Source: Vicugna vicugna (lineage: Eukaryota). From it: 64,000 nt of DNA. The stretch is from NCBI GenBank assembly GCA_013265495.1, contig MU057640.1, positions 1,311,303 through 1,375,302 on the forward strand, in the 5' to 3' direction. Position 1 is the stretch's first letter. The number at the start of each line of letters is the position of its first letter. Position numbers and translations under genes: made by a program. The notes under the pieces are model-generated. The model saw nothing but the letters and a program-made list of their open reading frames with translations, was not told the origin of the DNA and searched no databases. This document shows positions 62,631 through 64,000 of this stretch, piece by piece.

Positions 62631-62636
62631 TTTCCA
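62631..62636 (-). CDS. SIPA1L1: Candidate 6-nt microexon (TGGAAA), phase 2-2
   Basis: U-rich acceptor ttgtggttgtttttgttaaatgtttatgttag| and consensus donor AAA|gtaagt; frame-preserving; prediction only. Confidence 0.4.
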
Positions 62637-63565
62637 CTAACATAAACATTTAACAAAAACAACCACAAAATTATACTTAATAGTGGCAAAAATCAACAAA
62701 ATACTATAGGATAAAAAATGAAGGTATTCTTATAAGCATAATTTTTTCGTAACATGGTAAAATCTCAAGAAAGTAAACAAACCATGTGTGCACTTGTTAA
62801 AAATAATTTGGGGAAAACTTGGAAGAGAAACATCAGTTTTTTTTACACACCCCATTTTTGAATTTCGAATGATACTGAGTTCTTCATCAAGTTCCCCAGA
62901 GAGATCCCAGCAGTAAGTCTGCGATGTGTCTTTTACTCTTCCTCTGGGCCAAGCCAGCTTGTGTGTGTCATGTGATGTTTGCTGCTAATTACTTCTCAGC
63001 TTCAGACATTCCAATTTTTTCCCCTTTTAATAGCCTCTAAAATCATGTACATTTAGCTTTTTACTTTTAAGTCTTGTCAGGAGCAAACAGTTACTTTTGG
63101 GTGTTCAGTGTTTTCAAAAAAGATGGGGGGGACCCCCCAAACAACCCACAGACTGAAATCACAGATTTCTAAACTGTGAGAAAAATCATTTCAAGCTTCG
63201 GATATGATGTACATTTCCCCTACTTTATCAGCAATACAAACTCCAACCAGTGCAAGCAGGACCCTACTGAATTCACTTTGAAGGATATTTTTAAAAGTGG
63301 CAAAATCTGTACTCTGAAACTAGACCATACATATAATGGAGCTGATATAATCTGATTTCTTTGTCACTGAGTCCTTAGACACTAAAGAATGATAAACTTT
63401 CTAAGACATAGTTTGACCCAGCCATGAAATCATTTTTTAATCTGGAGTATTAACTGTATTTTCCCTTTTGCTCTTTTGTGAAATGATCCAGGCTGGCTGC
63501 ACGGAAGTCATTCTACACGCCTGAATTACAGGTGAGAGGCAGCGATGCTGACTGGGCATACCTAC

Positions 63566-63715
63566 CCTTCAGGCATGGATTTTTGCCTGTAAGTGCCCCC
63601 ACCAGAGCCAGTCTCGCTGGATGAAGACAGGTTGCTCGGGGAGTTGCGACACGGCTGGGATCTTGCTAAAGCCATGGATGAGACCGTCACATAGATGTCC
63701 GAACCAGGAGACAGC
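63566..63715 (-). CDS. SIPA1L1: SIPA1L1 coding exon A (150 nt, phase 2-2): (R)[49 protein letters not shown](G)
   Basis: Acceptor ttgcaacgcag|G, donor AGG|gtaggt; open frame matches SIPA1L1. Confidence 0.95.
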
Positions 63716-64000
63716 CTGCGTTGCAAACCAGACACATGAAGTCAACAATTCAAAGGGAAAATCTCAAGGTGACGCGCGATGGGTAATATAGAAATGTCAC
63801 AAACACGGTGACTTCGTGGAGCTAGTGAAAATGAAGCCAGCTGGAAGCCCACAAAAGAAACTTCCCCATAAAACTACTCCCTAAAGGAACAGCTGGGAAA
63901 CGGTCTTGAAGGGGTGGGGGCGTCAAAAAATAACAGGGGGGGACAAAAAAAATTATGTATGTTTCCAAAAGCTGCCAGAACTCCAGGCCTGAATTGCTTA

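Larger units (their letters stand above)
13705..63715 (-). other. SIPA1L1: 3' portion of SIPA1L1 gene (last 12 coding exons + 3'UTR); 5' part lies outside the window
   Basis: Spliced translation [20 protein letters not shown]...[13 protein letters not shown]...[20 protein letters not shown]...DSGIDT...LHRTLSDES...[15 protein letters not shown]...[13 protein letters not shown] matches SIPA1L1 as I recall it. All exons are GT-AG with consistent phases. The 3' end is estimated from the distal AATAAA. Confidence 0.97.

Noticed and set aside
63095..63173. Good acceptor tttttctcacag| near exon A
   Set aside because: The nearest donor is weak and gives 79 nt, and read-through hits TAA. A poison exon cannot be excluded but is unsupported.
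1..64000. CRISPR arrays, operons, rRNA/snoRNA/miRNA genes or a second protein-coding gene
   Set aside because: None recognisable. The sequence is explained by SIPA1L1, its introns and mammalian repeats. Small ncRNAs cannot be fully excluded without an Rfam/Infernal search.

Overview
Mammalian genomic DNA, very probably camelid (alpaca/llama/camel): it carries three tRNA-derived Vic-1-type SINEs. The window holds the 3' end of SIPA1L1 (SPAR/E6TP1, a Rap GTPase-activating protein) on the minus strand. I traced 12 coding exons (63715 down to the TAG stop at 15589) with GT-AG sites and consistent phases. They total 2029 nt, ending ...[19 protein letters not shown], followed by a ~1.9 kb 3'UTR with several AATAAA signals. 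The gene's 5' part lies beyond the right edge. The rest is intronic/intergenic repeat: nested old L1s at 1-7147 and 23510-31299, each hit by a young camelid L1 with a clean TSD and open ORF2 C-terminus, plus MLT1, MER5/MER3-type, MIR, L2 and CR1 relics. Almost all listed short ORFs are noise or L1 remnants. The most interesting unexplained signal is a set of short, frame-preserving, stop-free candidate cassette exons in SIPA1L1 introns (6, 48, 24, 42, 63, 30 and 78 nt). There is also a +24 nt alternative donor and a NAGNAG acceptor. Together these suggest a combinatorial splicing layer in the disordered C-terminal region, but they are predictions from splice motifs and reading frame only and need RNA-seq and conservation checks. 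No prokaryote-type system (CRISPR etc.) is present.
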